DNA of 64,000 bases from Monocercomonoides exilis PA203 (lineage: Eukaryota; Protista; Preaxostyla). Under the pieces are notes generated by a model, which saw only the letters and a program-made list of their open reading frames with translations, had not been told where the DNA came from and did no database searches. Every line of letters begins with the position of its first letter. Within the stretch, counting starts at the first letter, position 1. Where the stretch lies: NCBI GenBank assembly GCA_001643675.2, contig LSRY02000061.1:186001-250000 (forward strand), in the 5' to 3' direction. This document shows, in pieces, positions 21,101 through 30,900 of the stretch. The position numbers and the translations under genes are program-made.

Positions 21101-21109
21101 AAATTTCAT
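9188..21109 (-). CDS. Giant (3973 aa) single-pass receptor-like protein: signal peptide, Pmp-like/right-handed beta-helix ectodomain with 8 tandem modules, TM helix, cytoplasmic TKL-type pseudokinase C-lobe
   Basis: Uninterrupted ORF. Hydrophobic N-terminus MKFVALLILLQF. Repeated GGA(L/I)Y, GGG(I/V)Y and FxxNxA motifs. Eight CGxxxxxC (mostly CGxxxxPC) motifs. TM WPIIGMIVFAAFFLISMIAFIVVVVLL at ~10110-10185. C-terminus RWKAPE..VVFKLGLILHEMITGEVP..GVRP..MWADDPNERCS without HRD or DFG. Confidence 0.88.
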   Translation of the reverse strand: MKFVALLILLQFRFTTEIKSSFCALPITTTDCAISYYSCISFIKNHEPSEKFKGREQLEISSIQSYSSINNPNAHEASSVLSSSISTINSSLDASQTILLQQGDNSLFSIVQGSECTVHSCMLILSNCNTAPFSSLSSVLELSNISISYFEKQNIVRGAIAELHNESSLCLQSSAFSSLAVKTAYPLAASGNIDKFFIMGCTFRNISHCSSNTVNKQFLLKTRESSVVECEISKVEDPFCSVLVIGKPLSSFVCHNTSFFACTVTEQNRQVFYSSDGDVVIEQTIFNVNGNDTHGGTVFARETNSFTMRECFFDRCNNTITDGYGGALYLYNVGPLLIQNCSAEKCFAISTEAFMRIENLNSSVTISNLNASQCDADLRGIGIIYGSTAPIVCSTLKMIQSKSRNGEAGAIMLCNTFSSMTASDWLVNSNFADTIGGGIYVMREDSKAVYALQFSFCFFANNTAQIGNDIAFTENYYNLMNSSCFQFCFSLSEQNRVWMCTQGLRKCTSGEERNNLTPNPSGTVIHVDPMRESGDVAGCGDLSNECGTLGYSCDHWVNSFHTSIKLYSGEYSEASIPLTFQNIIIEKNTSSSSITIRTIPSSSAFCTLLGGSLTMRGMQIVHSSTSSPDKCLFAENSEDSVLALHECTLKADSTSAAFNKPFFVLTKGRATLESCEISSVLFESTSLFATEQQAHLVLSNAKISMISRRTGDGSVFSKAVQAEESFVLSNVSMKNCKCLDGNGGALYLELDALSNAQIGADSDCMFDTCTVPTDSQKKRKGGGIYIQVMEGADDFKLKMLQFIVCNGWKGKKVFIESKNLSKVINAATLAFNPSVAVDSTDLDELSGMENVDQNMVIPLVVFLRNFTSPAYVSGQSTDSNYRFCGYSDYPCQSVEGASAARFASTKRNIRFLPSFSFRTETLLNSQSYSFDAEEDSMPINVGSSQAKVSEGLLINSVETSFSRIKFVLEASLNGRSAFILSNANVLSVTDCAAVPAASGASVSYCLVKITSGKLSITHFAAPLAQKLSFGNAPFVAISGSASADFDALDANGMTTSCSNGLISVDSGNITTINNSTFRSSNLTSSAFIVSSSGTYSITIKNTTFEEIKRTAGDGSCVFLNTRSGFASSFTASNCTFTKCTATENGKGGGAIALHISSQSALTLESSAFTSCQAPKPSAGSKGKGGAVLIDFSEVNTRYLLANTLSFASNTAEHGNDLFVSSADLTSSITTAAFQFFHQDAPFAPESCAGTDSKWPSVAIPLVFYLLPRESDVHVLSEGNDVSACGFADYGCQTITFALTQRTDESGELIVHPVYALSEAITLSGTNEITFKGTVAETKMRMIGAQTGASEAMIRIEQASAWKHLAFCLQPTIPSPQSSVYLVCSANAMLNLEDCSILSEQGEEKCAFGFLAVVEGSFAMTRFTVNSIGLQSAEMVKVCSKGSGAIDSCTWTNVTSAVETGIIAYSSAGTLSMHNTTISQSASSCCSFVEGKHGKSLVVENNTFSGITRNEGNGSVIKADIGENESLELNDVSVDSCSSVRGCGGGVYISTSSTAKIRIGKEGTATRFARCSAKGTLPKCGFGGGVFLKCADWLADLVLTAVSFGTEGDGTSNEAEGGGSNAFVEGYSLDKIVTNQSFKFDIDKESTAEFGKLCGFEDGNVSYAIPLVVFLLTFEPPATVGGNTGFDYRMCGVSIYPCATIPFTIYKRFPASNSSGASIRLTADFSFKDAISFDTQPTEVNAEQIGGVTDVRSDGIGEGAGLLCSSVNVKFSEIVFGLPGSFDELSRTTLFLCSSATLTIHRCEFQNSSSSAVEYRIIHITSGKVELNGCKIKDFAMGNAEIIVLNGNNAECSIEGMEASKLSREEEGAMILITSGKKLTIENSNIENSTMANNNHITINSLANGLLKNVTFSNLSRTNGDGGVIVGEMGTGEVLGEENCSFKLCGCYSARTIGGCVLMDVEEGGIFRFERNKVEFCIVSSGDGYGGGLFLTFGSSHLDYSMRNNTFENNGALRGKDAYVVCEEPGAAILLMYWNGSASEDTASDRLWVRRLSEPADGGVTMIDYLFPPSTSFVFVDGGASAAMNCGLEMNPCTSVELGFYKMNSSQSIIQLVGNSPIDAVVNRRGISLTIQSYTTTKAMIFGRNGKFELVEGTRSTTLTFSKLCFVLPSSPNPSPEMSSLVEVSIGQCSFFDCSFEQGSSRNSNPSKWIVSGGGGVVHFSSCALGEIPFLSGGIASIEGASLSLESCSFSFVSSDAPNGLIVGRDNCDITLKNTEFVNCETRNGHVLEIICPKSVHVSGACTFDGCSSIKGDGGILNCILEAEGSLIVNKTSIVSCEVNAVNGKGGGIYLDLKENVNAYLFSDLTFSGNDAFEGKDMFVRSADLNASIIPSLFDFEYFGADGETKVDLKGRDKTHFVSVSADLLYFLVKYSSSMISVGSAGIDFIGCGKAETPCHSLWRGINNLQAIEDSQPCFVEILDEAAICECYEFGLSQLSIGLSSAAASNEFARLSISQTSDGSSKSIFSSNNSLSFSSVQFHLPAFFSNERSSVVSSSDGYLIFNSTSFHSDATSVLEYVLLSNKGGTAELLNVSVSSLVFARCPFALSSYVTLEECCFHNICSPTSTEGGAMSVCLERSDLLRVKSCQAELCKCSIKNGKGGFLYVDCSKSTATTPLRFEGEMTFERNDAQLGKNIFIASTELNASVTLATFAFSFESMKEDSNAFVGIEGESEELDLFRYLVSYTSSSIFLSADGEDVMRCGSSADPCCSFWKGMQQISNEASPKLISITKSTEVADTFTLSNFTIQSSSLEEEEKQESMLLFREKAGEVSEPFLRCTAELSLKYISLIIASSFDNSASEVILSESGMVSLGQCSLGAEVMLGGMQISRCSFIVCVRGQLLLAEVSMELTSLGKSAIFIGSVACMANNFTCTFVNISDGSIFEVMEVAGSAKGVNANEKSGLRLNSSAILSVSRTDNGASVINSKRERNFWIEIDGTSVSDCIAGQSQKGGAVFVILPEEGSFSVLKSTIIRCCCSDEGRGGVFYIEAMRSGVLDFVFQSVSFAGNSAKVGNDIYVSCNSISEQINEAQFRFDMRESIYVRLNAIYGIDTTDHIVDTNLMDFITIFQADTIVVSSVSGKGGKNERRCGTYVQPCLSLGYAVSHVTSDFDSRLIVDGGTFIEEELTLDRLLLASRSKSQSNVTINSIASSANEAVIATLEVVSIANLWFIFEQDFVCSHLSFISPRCGVVELANCSFSSESSLPLFSLLDFSEGNGTINSCLFSSLTLLYSVIQVSSSCSVSVTYSEFSSMCSSDGAIVCENSKEINVSHSKFANNSLASSFASSTANPFKFLSATSVEELTLTNCSFCGLPQTLKRGILVKISSSSKVLFDFCIFEGNKNSEVLDNSVCNTNELCSWNGSLADVQNSTSTMKDTTIANSSIGGMSVFGGSMMIEDGKFINNNPKIENYQSIRRNIVCAGSGLLKVASVKGEDGVKEGSSLWILNEGCTLKGIAEERESAFFIPQLERVESEENGGETTLKFLGSLLVPCNLSFRVVKRVGSEALVERYSFEEGRFVSEAEVLGAVPSKTIYEAGEETEVSVCILFGDPAALSSTVAFVLKNRSDPHSNEEGNIVEGDNEIEFSWPIIGMIVFAAFFLISMIAFIVVVVLLQKKLKEAKNKVIKERLENEQIMRNAERRRENEGRSFEMSEMPSTLLEGMSSQIPLLIDNDEEDLPEPPSMTDGILNENDLPDLESPVPFSENASASGVSQSHSLNVISAKKPFREKEKKNIKTLHSAIHSVQGNFTLGTRAMDVVDGKEVILAIAGLFEHLITVGDERVEMMGKQLCTYSIFVEEETNEIFILTEELKDEKEIEEIKRWKAPEVGNEDEEVEDEGIEQAVVFKLGLILHEMITGEVPLSECNSEEAQEMMRDGVRPLTEGIEEEEMVILMEKMWADDPNERCSLKEVVASLRENG

Positions 21110-21926
21110 TGTAATTTTTAAAAAGGAAAAATAGAAAAATAAAACACTTAAAAAACAAATTTTTATAATGACACAATTGATCTTTTCAAAGATTTAAAAC
21201 AGTTATTTTATTCAAAAATATAATTAAAATCTGCATTTGCATTCAACAATATGCAGTTTGTCCTTCGGAATTGTAGAAACAAAATAGCTGAATTAATTTC
21301 AAAAATTTATGATACACTTATTTTTCGATAAAACGGCTTATTCTTTTAAATAAAAAAAGTGAAGGAAAAAAATCAGCTTCAAAAATAGAAACAAAAATTT
21401 ATCGTTTGTGAATTTTCTTTTAAAAAAAGTTGTGTATGATTTCGTCTGAAATTTTTAAAAACTGCAAACAAGTCGGAAAAAACAAGAGTTGTTGTTTCAT
21501 TTCTTTTCATCTCAAAGCGAAAAGCCATTTGCCGAAAACAAGCAAAAAGAATATCAATAAAAAGCACACAAAATGTCTGTCAATTGGAAAATTCGTTGCC
21601 TTTCAACGAAGATGAAAGCGAAGACATCCCAAAGACGAAGTGAAAGCAAAACAAAACAATTTGGCAGACATTTCATGACCATTCTCTCAAAACAGCATTT
21701 TCTGCAAACTTCACCCAAATTATCTTCAATCTTTCTGCCTCAGCAGCACATGATCTTTTGCTTCAGTCTTCTTTGCTCTGCCTTTTGTGTGCGTCATTTC
21801 TTTGCTCTTTCTTCTTCTTCATCTTCTTCATCTTCTGTTTTCTTCTATTTCCCCAGCTTTTCCTTTTTTTTCTTCTTTCATCTTTAAAAGTCAAAATATA
21901 CTTCATTCTTCTTGCTCAGTTGTAAT

Positions 21927-21930
<4 letters not shown>

Positions 21931-22004
<74 letters not shown>
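21931..22004 (+). repeat. (TC)37 microsatellite
   Basis: Perfect TC dinucleotide run of 74 nt in the spacer between the two divergent receptor genes. Confidence 0.97.
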
Positions 22005-22011
<7 letters not shown>

Positions 22012-24937
22012 TCTCCAACTTTTTATTCAGCTGTTCCATCGTGTCTTGTCTCCTAATTGCGAGTCTCGTCTCTTCCACTCTGCCCACAAGCCATCACATT
22101 TCAATGAATCAATCTGATTCCTTCGCCCAGTTTATGACAGATCGCTAATTCAAACTGAATGTTGATTCAAATGACAGAAGATTGTGTGTGTCGATGAAGA
22201 ACAAGAAATATCACCTTTCTGAGTGTTGGCAATCGATTGGCAATCATCAGACAAAATCATCAAGAAGAAATGTGAAACAGATGCAAAGATGACAGCGGAG
22301 TGTGCTGCTGAAGAAACGCAATTTCATCTCAGAGTCTGATTTGACAGAGACTCAAATAAAAATACTTCTTGAAAGTTGAGGAAGATGGTGATGAAGTTGA
22401 TGATTAAGCGAAAGCTAAAGGAGGTTATTCGCTTTCCAGCAAAATTCAGATGCGGATATTTGGCGTGCAGTTTCCATTTGTGTTGAATTATCTTTCGATC
22501 TTCTTTGATTCTTTTCTTTTTTTCTTCCATTATTCCTCACTTTATTTCTTTTTTGTTGCTATCAGCATCCATCTTTCGATCATCAAAACCCCATTGAAAG
22601 TTATCATCAATCCACTCACAGACACGAAACATCAGATGCGCAGTTGATATCTCTCGTTAATACACATTCAGAAAATCGTCTTCTAAAGCGAACCTTCGCG
22701 TCTGTAATGAAGGTTATCTTTCACGAGCGAACCAAATGCACCTTGAACATATCCTGAAATAATAATGCTTTCATTAAACATTCATCAAGATAATAAGTGA
22801 TGATTGTGCAGTCTTCGCAAACCTTTTGTTGCAAAATCAGCGTGTGCCCATGAGACATCACCGATGAATGCACACTTGCCATTTCCTCTAAGCGTTGCTC
22901 AAAGCAATCCTCAGAAGCAATACCTTTTTTTAAAAAGTGATTTCACAAAATACCTCCACGAAACCGCTGAATATCAGCTTTATAAATAAGCAGCCGTACA
23001 ACAAAAGAAAAAATAAAAAAAATAAGTTTGCTCAAAAAAGCGTTATCCGCCACACACTTCACTTCGCGGGATGTCTTTTTTTTTTTTAGAAACTAAAAAA
23101 CTGCGATTTCTTCTTTGAGTTGCAATACATCCATTCAATTGCAACAAAAATGCAAATTTGACCTTCATTGTTGCGTTTGCAGACAATTCGTTTCCCCTTT
23201 CACTTCGAAGTTTTTCCCTTTAACTTGAAATAATGCATTTTAAAGCATTGGACGAAAAATATTATAAAATCAATGCTGATTCCCGTTCAACGTTGTCAAA
23301 CTCTTCTGCCCACAATTTATTAGCATTACGCATTATAATGATCATCCATCCATCTCTATATTGCTTTTTAGCAACAATTTTGCAAATAATAAAAACATCA
23401 TGCAACTTATTGGATTGATCAAGTTTGAGAACGTTTAATATCCTTTTTGCCAAGCGTTTTGATGTTGGTGCCTGCAACCTCTTCAAATGGAAAGTTGAGC
23501 AATTATGCTATTTTCATGGGTAAAGAGACTTATATTTGCTTGGCTATCGGTATATTTGATGAAATATTCACTTGGCTGATTCCTCAATAAAGAATGACTC
23601 AAAGACAAAATTCTTCGTAAAAACATTAGACAAACGCTTGACAAACATGCACGCACGATATAATTATATATTTATTTTCAATATTGCCATTTTTTCAATT
23701 GAAAGAACTTATTTTGGAGTTTGTTGAAAATTCATAAATCAACTCAAATGAAAGACATGAAAATTGTGGTTATGGAAATACACACCGAGTTTGTTTTACA
23801 ACAAAAAGAAGCGAGAATTTAAGATTTTTGAAGAACAGAAAAGAGACATTTCGAATGAAAACATTTAGGCAACAGGACGGACATTAGGCTGGAAATGAAG
23901 CAGTTCAAAAATAATAAACTGGCAGAATAACCAGGGAGGAACATCTCAAAATGCCTTTTGAACAATGTTCATTGCGAATTAATAAACAAGTTCGTTTGTT
24001 CCATTCTTAATTATTTTTTTTTTTTTGAAGTTTAATGAAACTCCTTTTTTTTCCACATTTATTTTTCTGATTGAAAACAAAAAGTGAAATTAATTCGATC
24101 CAGGGAAAGAGATGCAACAGAGAGTGGGCAAATAGGTGAGGAAATGCGTTTTTTGATGACGGATTTACTGTGACAAATATGTTGTTGAATTCTTCGAATC
24201 TTTATATTTATTGGAAGAATATTTTTTGTAGTTTCCCTGTGATCCACGAGAAGAGATGAGAACCATCCTGATCCTCCAACAATTCTGAAACTCCTCAAGA
24301 AAATGAGGATTGAGGGCAATTTTTCTTTGGCGGTTGTGTATTCGTTTTGACTCAATTACGCTGTGAGATTATCGAAAGTGGAGTACAAATGAGACAACAT
24401 ATTCATTTTCAGGCAACTTATGTGGAATTTGGCTTTGAAAAACAAGAGCTGCAATAGTTTTTTGAAAAAAAAAAATACGAAGTGTGTTGCTAGAAGATGT
24501 GCTTTGCAAAGAGGATAAAAGAGGAAAAAAGCCCAACAAAAAATTGTTATTTCAAGTTCGAAAGAAAATTCCGACAACTGAGTCAAAGAATTGAGTGAAT
24601 ATTGTTGATTTGAAAAAATCAATGAAAAGAAACAAACGTTATTTTTCTCATTCTCCAGTATTTATTGAAAAGGCTCAAATAACACTCAATAAAAATGTTG
24701 GATATTCCTGCTTTCCGAATGAGAAAAATCGAAAAAAGAATATTTCATTGAGCTGATTGAATTGTGTGAAGAAAATGTCACATAATGCAAAGGCGACAGT
24801 TGAAAAGAAATTTGGTGAATTGAAGAAAAGGGAAATAATTGAAAAAATGATATGATGAGAGAAATGAACCCATAATGCAAAGAACAAAAAAAGCAGGAAA
24901 TTGGAGAAGTTCCAATTTTTGTTCAAGCAAAGCACAA

Positions 24938-27900
24938 ATGATGTCTGGAATGTGTTTGCTTGTTATCAGTATTTGTGTGCATTGCACGCTCAATTATGCC
25001 ACAAGCGAAGAAATGGGGAAGATGGAAAAAAGTGTGAGAGAAGAAAAAATGAGTTGTTGGCCCAACGATCGGTTAAATTCTTTCCAAAAGAGTTTTGAAG
25101 AAAAAGAAATTGCATTGAGAATGGAAGCAAGAAGTTCTTCCAATGAAATGAAAAGGATTGAAGATATTGAAAATAATGGAAGAAATGATTGCGAGGATGC
25201 GAACGATGAATCTCATGAACGCAATGAAAGAGGAAATTTTCTAAAAAGCAAAGAAGAAATTATGAAAATTGGAAAAACCCATGAAAAAAGTGAAATTGAA
25301 GGAAATTTTAATTCGCCAATTCTTCATCAAGACTCATTTATTTGTCGATGAAGGGAGAAAGAAATGGAAGAGTAATTCAGGCAGGAAATGGAAGTTTTGT
25401 TGAAATGAGCGAATGTGAGCTGTCAGTTGAATCTCCAGAGCCTCCAATTGCTATTCGTGGGTGTTGTGGGACGATAGTTAATATTTCACTTTATTCATCA
25501 GTTTGGAACTTGCATGATTTTCCTTCTCTTTTTGCTTCAGAAGCAACAACCAGCTGTTTTCTTGAGGAAGGAACTGCTTCAGTGAGTGAATCTCGTTTCT
25601 CATCTTTTTGTGTTTCGTCAGACCCGTTTTTATCATCTTCCAGCATATCCATTTTTTCGCTCGCAAATTTGGAATTTTTCAACATCTCGATTTCTCCTTC
25701 GCAGCAGCCTTCAGCACATGGATTTCCCTCAAAGAGTTCGACATTAATGAGTTGTTGCTCGTTTTCAAGTGTTTGTGATGTTTATGATGACGGGATTGTT
25801 CCTTCTCTGAACAACCCTTCAGCTTCGTTGTCTGCTTCGAACATATCATTTGTGGGATCCCGTCGGACAAGAAACGTTGAATTCATCGGGAGAGAAAGTG
25901 ATAAAAAGCATCCAGGGAGACAGAATGAAACGGACAATGGAATGAATATATTCACTTGGTGCGTATGGAATGACTCAAGAACCACTGGAGAAAATGCCAC
26001 ATTGGAAGATGGCGCTTCAAACGGTGGAGCAATTTTTATGAACGGTCTTCCATCAGGAATGCTTTCAGTGGAATGTTGTTCGTTCAATGATTGCTATGCA
26101 TATGGTTGTGGCGGAGGAATTTTGTGTGTTTCAATAAATTCTATCAAGATTGAAAACAATTCATTCAACGCCTGTACAATCCAAAATATTAATGGAGGAG
26201 GGATATGTGTTTTTGATATAACAACGTGTGTGAGGATTGGTGGTTGTGAATTCCAGAATTGTAAGGCAGATAGCTTTGGAGGAGGAATTCTTTTATCAAC
26301 TTTTCAAGTTTCTGGATCTGACTGTATTGGAACAGAAAATGGCAAAGGAGAGAGCGCTTGTGTGTTTGAGTGCTCATTCACTGCGTGCTCGCTTTCAAGC
26401 CAATATGGCGGAGGTTTGTATTGCTATTGTGTTCCGGTTGCATTCAAAATGAGGAGCCTCCAATTTATTTCGTGCTCGGCTGTATCATGTGGCGGAGGAT
26501 TGGATTTTGAACCACATCAATCAACAGCTCCAAGCAACAACACATATTGTTATTTTCTCTTCTTCCACAATTGCAGATGCACTGATTCCACTCCATATGG
26601 TCATGATGTGTTCATTTATGATGGATTCAATCTCTTTTATTCGAATAATCCGTTCTACGAATCGTTCACAATGAATAGCGATAATAGGAGAGTGTGTTAT
26701 GCTGACAGTAATTGGGTGTATCAGCACACAGAAAAGAAAGATTGGTTGAGTGTCGGGATGAAGTATCGGTATGTTGGGGTGAGTGGGGATGACACAAACA
26801 ATCTGTGTGGGATGATCGAGTCGGCGTCGTGCAAGACAGTGGGGCATGCGGTGGAGACAAGCATGGTGCAGCTGAGCTCGACAATCACTTTGCTGGGTGG
26901 GAAGCATGCGAGCGAAGAGAAGACGATCAGTGTTGGGGAAAAGAAGATTTCTATTGTTGGGAGAGGGAAGGCAGTGAGTGTGGTTGGGACAAGTGCTCTT
27001 TCTTCGACTTCGACAACGCTGTTAAGCATATCTTCTGGCCAACTGGAGGTGGGACATTTGGGGATCTACCACAATGCAGCAAGAAGTCCATCGCCGAGTG
27101 TGTTTGTGGTGTCACTGGAGAGCGGGGCTCTTTCGTTGGAGGATGTGATGATCTCATGTACAACTGGAGGAAGTGTTATATCAGCATCTGTGTTTGAAGT
27201 TGCACTGAAACAGCTGAAGATGGCTGATGTGGAGATCAAAAATATGAAAATAAATCAACCTTTGTTTGTCGAACCGTCATCAGGATCATCATCAGGAGAA
27301 AGTGTGCTGGGGAATGTGACAATTCGGAATGTGAATCGGACAACAGGTGATGGTGTTGTGTTGGCAAAAAGCGTGAAGGGAGGAGAGACATTTGCTGTGT
27401 GGAACACAACGATTGAGGAATGTGAGTGTGTGAATGGAAATGGAGGAGGCATTAAGGTTGAGTTGGAGTCATCAACAAGCAAGGTTCTGATTGGAGATTC
27501 AATATCAAACAGCGGAGGGACAACTTCGTTCAATCAATGCAAATGCAGTGGATATGGAGGAGGGGTGATGCTATGGCTGGCAGATAATTCGTTTAATTTT
27601 ACAATAACATCAGTGAGTTTTGTTGGATGTGCTGCAACGTTGGGAGGGAAGAATTTGTTTGTGGAATCACAGGATTTATCGGATGTTATCAACACCACTT
27701 CAATTGGATTCAATCCAGAAATTGGAATTAATGTTGCAGACTTGAATGAACTTTGTGGAAGAGAAAGAAACAACCTGGAGCTGATTGTTCCACTTGTTGT
27801 GTTTCTTCGAACATTTTCATCTCCAGCATATGTGAGTGGGAGAGAACAAGGAAGTGAATTCAGGCTGTGTGGATATGAAGATTTCCCATGCATAGGAATT

Positions 27901-30900
27901 GGGAGTGTTGGAGAAGTTCAGTTTCCGAGTTCAAAGAGAGTGATCAGACTGACAAGCACATTTTCATTTGTTGAAGAAGTTCAGTTGGATGAGCAGTCAT
28001 ATGAGATTGATTCAAGTGATGAAACTTTTGGAATAAAAATCGAGGCAACAGGAACAAAAACGCAAGAAGCGTTGGTGATGAACAGTGTTTTATCAACATT
28101 GACAGGGATATTATTTGAATTGGGAGGATCGATTTGGGAACATACATCATTTGTTCATTCTTCAGGAGGGACATTGAGATTTGCTGATTGTGGGATAAAG
28201 ATGGGAAGCGGGGTGAATTCTGCGAATTATGTGTTTGCGAGTGCAAGTGGAGGGAAAATTGAGATTGTTGGGACGAGGTGTGGAGGGAGTGTGGGGGAAG
28301 TGAGATTTGTGGGAAGTGTGATTGTTGTGAATGGAAGTTGTGAATGTCTGATGGATGAGGTGATAATCAACCAAACAACAACAAATGAAGTGAGTGGATT
28401 GGTTGAGATTGCAACAAGCAGCTCATTCACAATCCAGAATTGCTCGATCACAAATTGTGATCTGCCGAGTTGTGGAGCAATTCAGGTTGATAAGTGTTCA
28501 ACAACCACATTGAAGAACACCTCATTTGAGAACATCACGAGAGGGAAAGGAGATGGTGGATGCGTTTGTGTTGATTCAAATGAAGATGGGAGCAAATGCA
28601 CAATCAGAATTGAGAACTGTTCATTCATCTCATGTGAGGTGAATGAGAAAGGGAAAAGAGGAGGAGGATTGTCTATTTCATTGAATAATCCGTCTGAACT
28701 CTTTGTTTCATTAACAAGATTTGAGAAGTGCAGTGCGCTTTCAACGAGTGGAAGTGAAGGGAAAGGAGGAGGGATGATGCTTTCTGTGGCAGACGAAGAT
28801 ACAAAGTTTGAATTATCAGGAAATTTGATATTTGATCAGAATAAGGCAGAATATGGAAAGAACATGTTCGTTTCAACAACTGATTTGAACGAAAGTGTGA
28901 CAAATAACTCATTTAAGTTTGATTATTCATCAATGATAGATGATAACAATTTGTTTGTTGGAAGTGATGATTTTCATCAAGAAAAGGATTTGTTTATGTT
29001 TCTGATTCCGTTCAGCTCATTTGAGATATTTATCTCGTCAGAAGGATTTGATGTTGCAAGATGTGGAAGTGAAGAAGAGCCATGCTTCACAATGTGGAAA
29101 GGGATGGAAAATATGAAAGAGGGAAATAAAATGAAAACAATTCAGATTGAAAGATCAACAATTATTAGAGATTCATTCAACATGTCGAATTATTTAATCA
29201 AAAAGAGTGTAAAGATGGGAGAGGAAGAAGTGAAAGCAGAATTGAATTTTGAAAAGGCAATTGGAAATCAATTGGAATATTTCATCGAAAATGAAATTCA
29301 TCTTGAATTGACAAATGTCCAGCTGCAGCTTGCATCTGTATTTGACAATTCAGCCAAAACAATAATTTCAAACAAAAAAAGTGAGTTGATGATAACCAGA
29401 TGTTCATTCCATTCAGAAGCTCAAGTGAACAATGGATTTGATTGTGTGTTTGTCGATGCTATTGGAGGAAGTGTGGAAGTGAATGATTTGTCGATGGGGT
29501 CATGCAATGTTGGAAATAGTATTTTTGTCATTCATGATTCTGGAGTCTATTACCATTTTTTGAATGTTCAAGTGGAATCGTTGAATGAAAGTGGAGGATG
29601 CATTATCTCAATCATGAAATCTGAATCAGGATTGAAGATAAATGAAGAATGTGTAAATATTGAGATTGACAATTCATCATTTTCAGGAGTAAAGAGAAGT
29701 GACAATGGAGCGAGCATTTTGGAGTCAAAGAGTGAGATAAAGATTTGTTTGATTATGAATGAGAGTAACATCACAGAAGACAAAGCAGAATTGAGTGAAA
29801 AAGGAGGGGCAATATTCTTCACATTGGGTGCATCAGGATCAATGAAGATGATTGACTCAACAATCAGCCATTGCAGCTGCAGTGGCTCCACGGGGAAAGG
29901 AGGAGGAGTGTATTTGGCAGCAAAAGAAAGAGGTGATTTGAATTTCACATTTACGGGAATGAAATTCAGTGCAAACACAGCAAAAGTGGGGAATGACATT
30001 TTTGTCGAATGTTTCAACATCACGTCGCAGATCAATGAAAGCCAATTTCAATTTGATCTTCGAGAGAATCATTATTCACGAATAAATGCAATATATGGAA
30101 AAGATGAATGTGATTATCCAATCGATACAAATCTGATTGAATTTGTGACGATTCATCTGAGTGACACAATTGTTGTTTGCAGTGTGAATGGATCGAATGA
30201 CAGACAATGTGGAACAAATGCTCTTCCATGTGATTCAATTGAGCATGGGCTGGTCCATCTGACTTCAGAGCTAATAAGTCAAATACTCGTGATAGAAGAG
30301 AGTGTGGATGGTGATGAGATAAATTTGAAGGAAATGAGTCTGAGTTCAAAAAGCAGAGAGATGTGTAAAGTTGAAGTGAAATCAAACATTGGAAAAACAA
30401 AGGATTCTTTGATTTCAACAACAGGAGCTGTCTCATTGCTAAGAGTGAACTTTGTGTTTGATTTAGATTTCGTCTCTTCTCACGAATCACTGATATCACC
30501 AGAGGGAGGGATTCTTGAGATAATGAATTGCTTATTCACAACAAAACAATCAGCAGAAGAAGGAAATTCAGAATGTGCAACTATTCCATTTCACATTATC
30601 AACATGGAAAAAGGAGAATTACAACTTGATGGATGCACAATATCAAATCTCATTCTTCATGAGTCTGCATTAAATCTTTCATCGCCACTTCCATCGGTAA
30701 TTTATTCATTAACGATTTGCAATTCAACAATTTCTCGTTCTTTTGTTGAAATTATTGAATGTGGGCAGTTGAATATGGAAAAGTTGCATATAGAAAATAT
30801 CACAGTTGAAGGAGATGAAGAATCATTGACATTTTGCTTGTCAATGAAAAAGACGATGCATTTGGCAAATTGTTCAATATGTGGAGTCAGTTCAAAGATC

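Noticed and set aside
23045-23087. Imperfect hairpin ATCCGC..GCGGGAT followed by a long T run (Pol III RNA or terminator?)
   Set aside because: The stem is short and imperfect, there are no A/B boxes or tRNA fold, and T runs are ubiquitous here.
22100-23990. Patches of coding-like sequence in the spacer (possible decayed gene)
   Set aside because: All frames are interrupted and I could not assign any motif.
24243-24350. Short frame NHPDPPTILKLLKKMRIEG resembling the HPP..L..VL.K motif of DIRS-type retroelement methylase-like domains
   Set aside because: It is only ~35 codons, with no flanking RT, RNase H or recombinase remnants. The resemblance is too weak without a search.
25303-25311. Slippery heptamer A_AAT_TTT in phase just upstream of the receptor frameshift (programmed -1 frameshifting?)
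   Set aside because: A -1 slip here lands directly on TAA at 25309-25311, so it cannot join the two ORFs.
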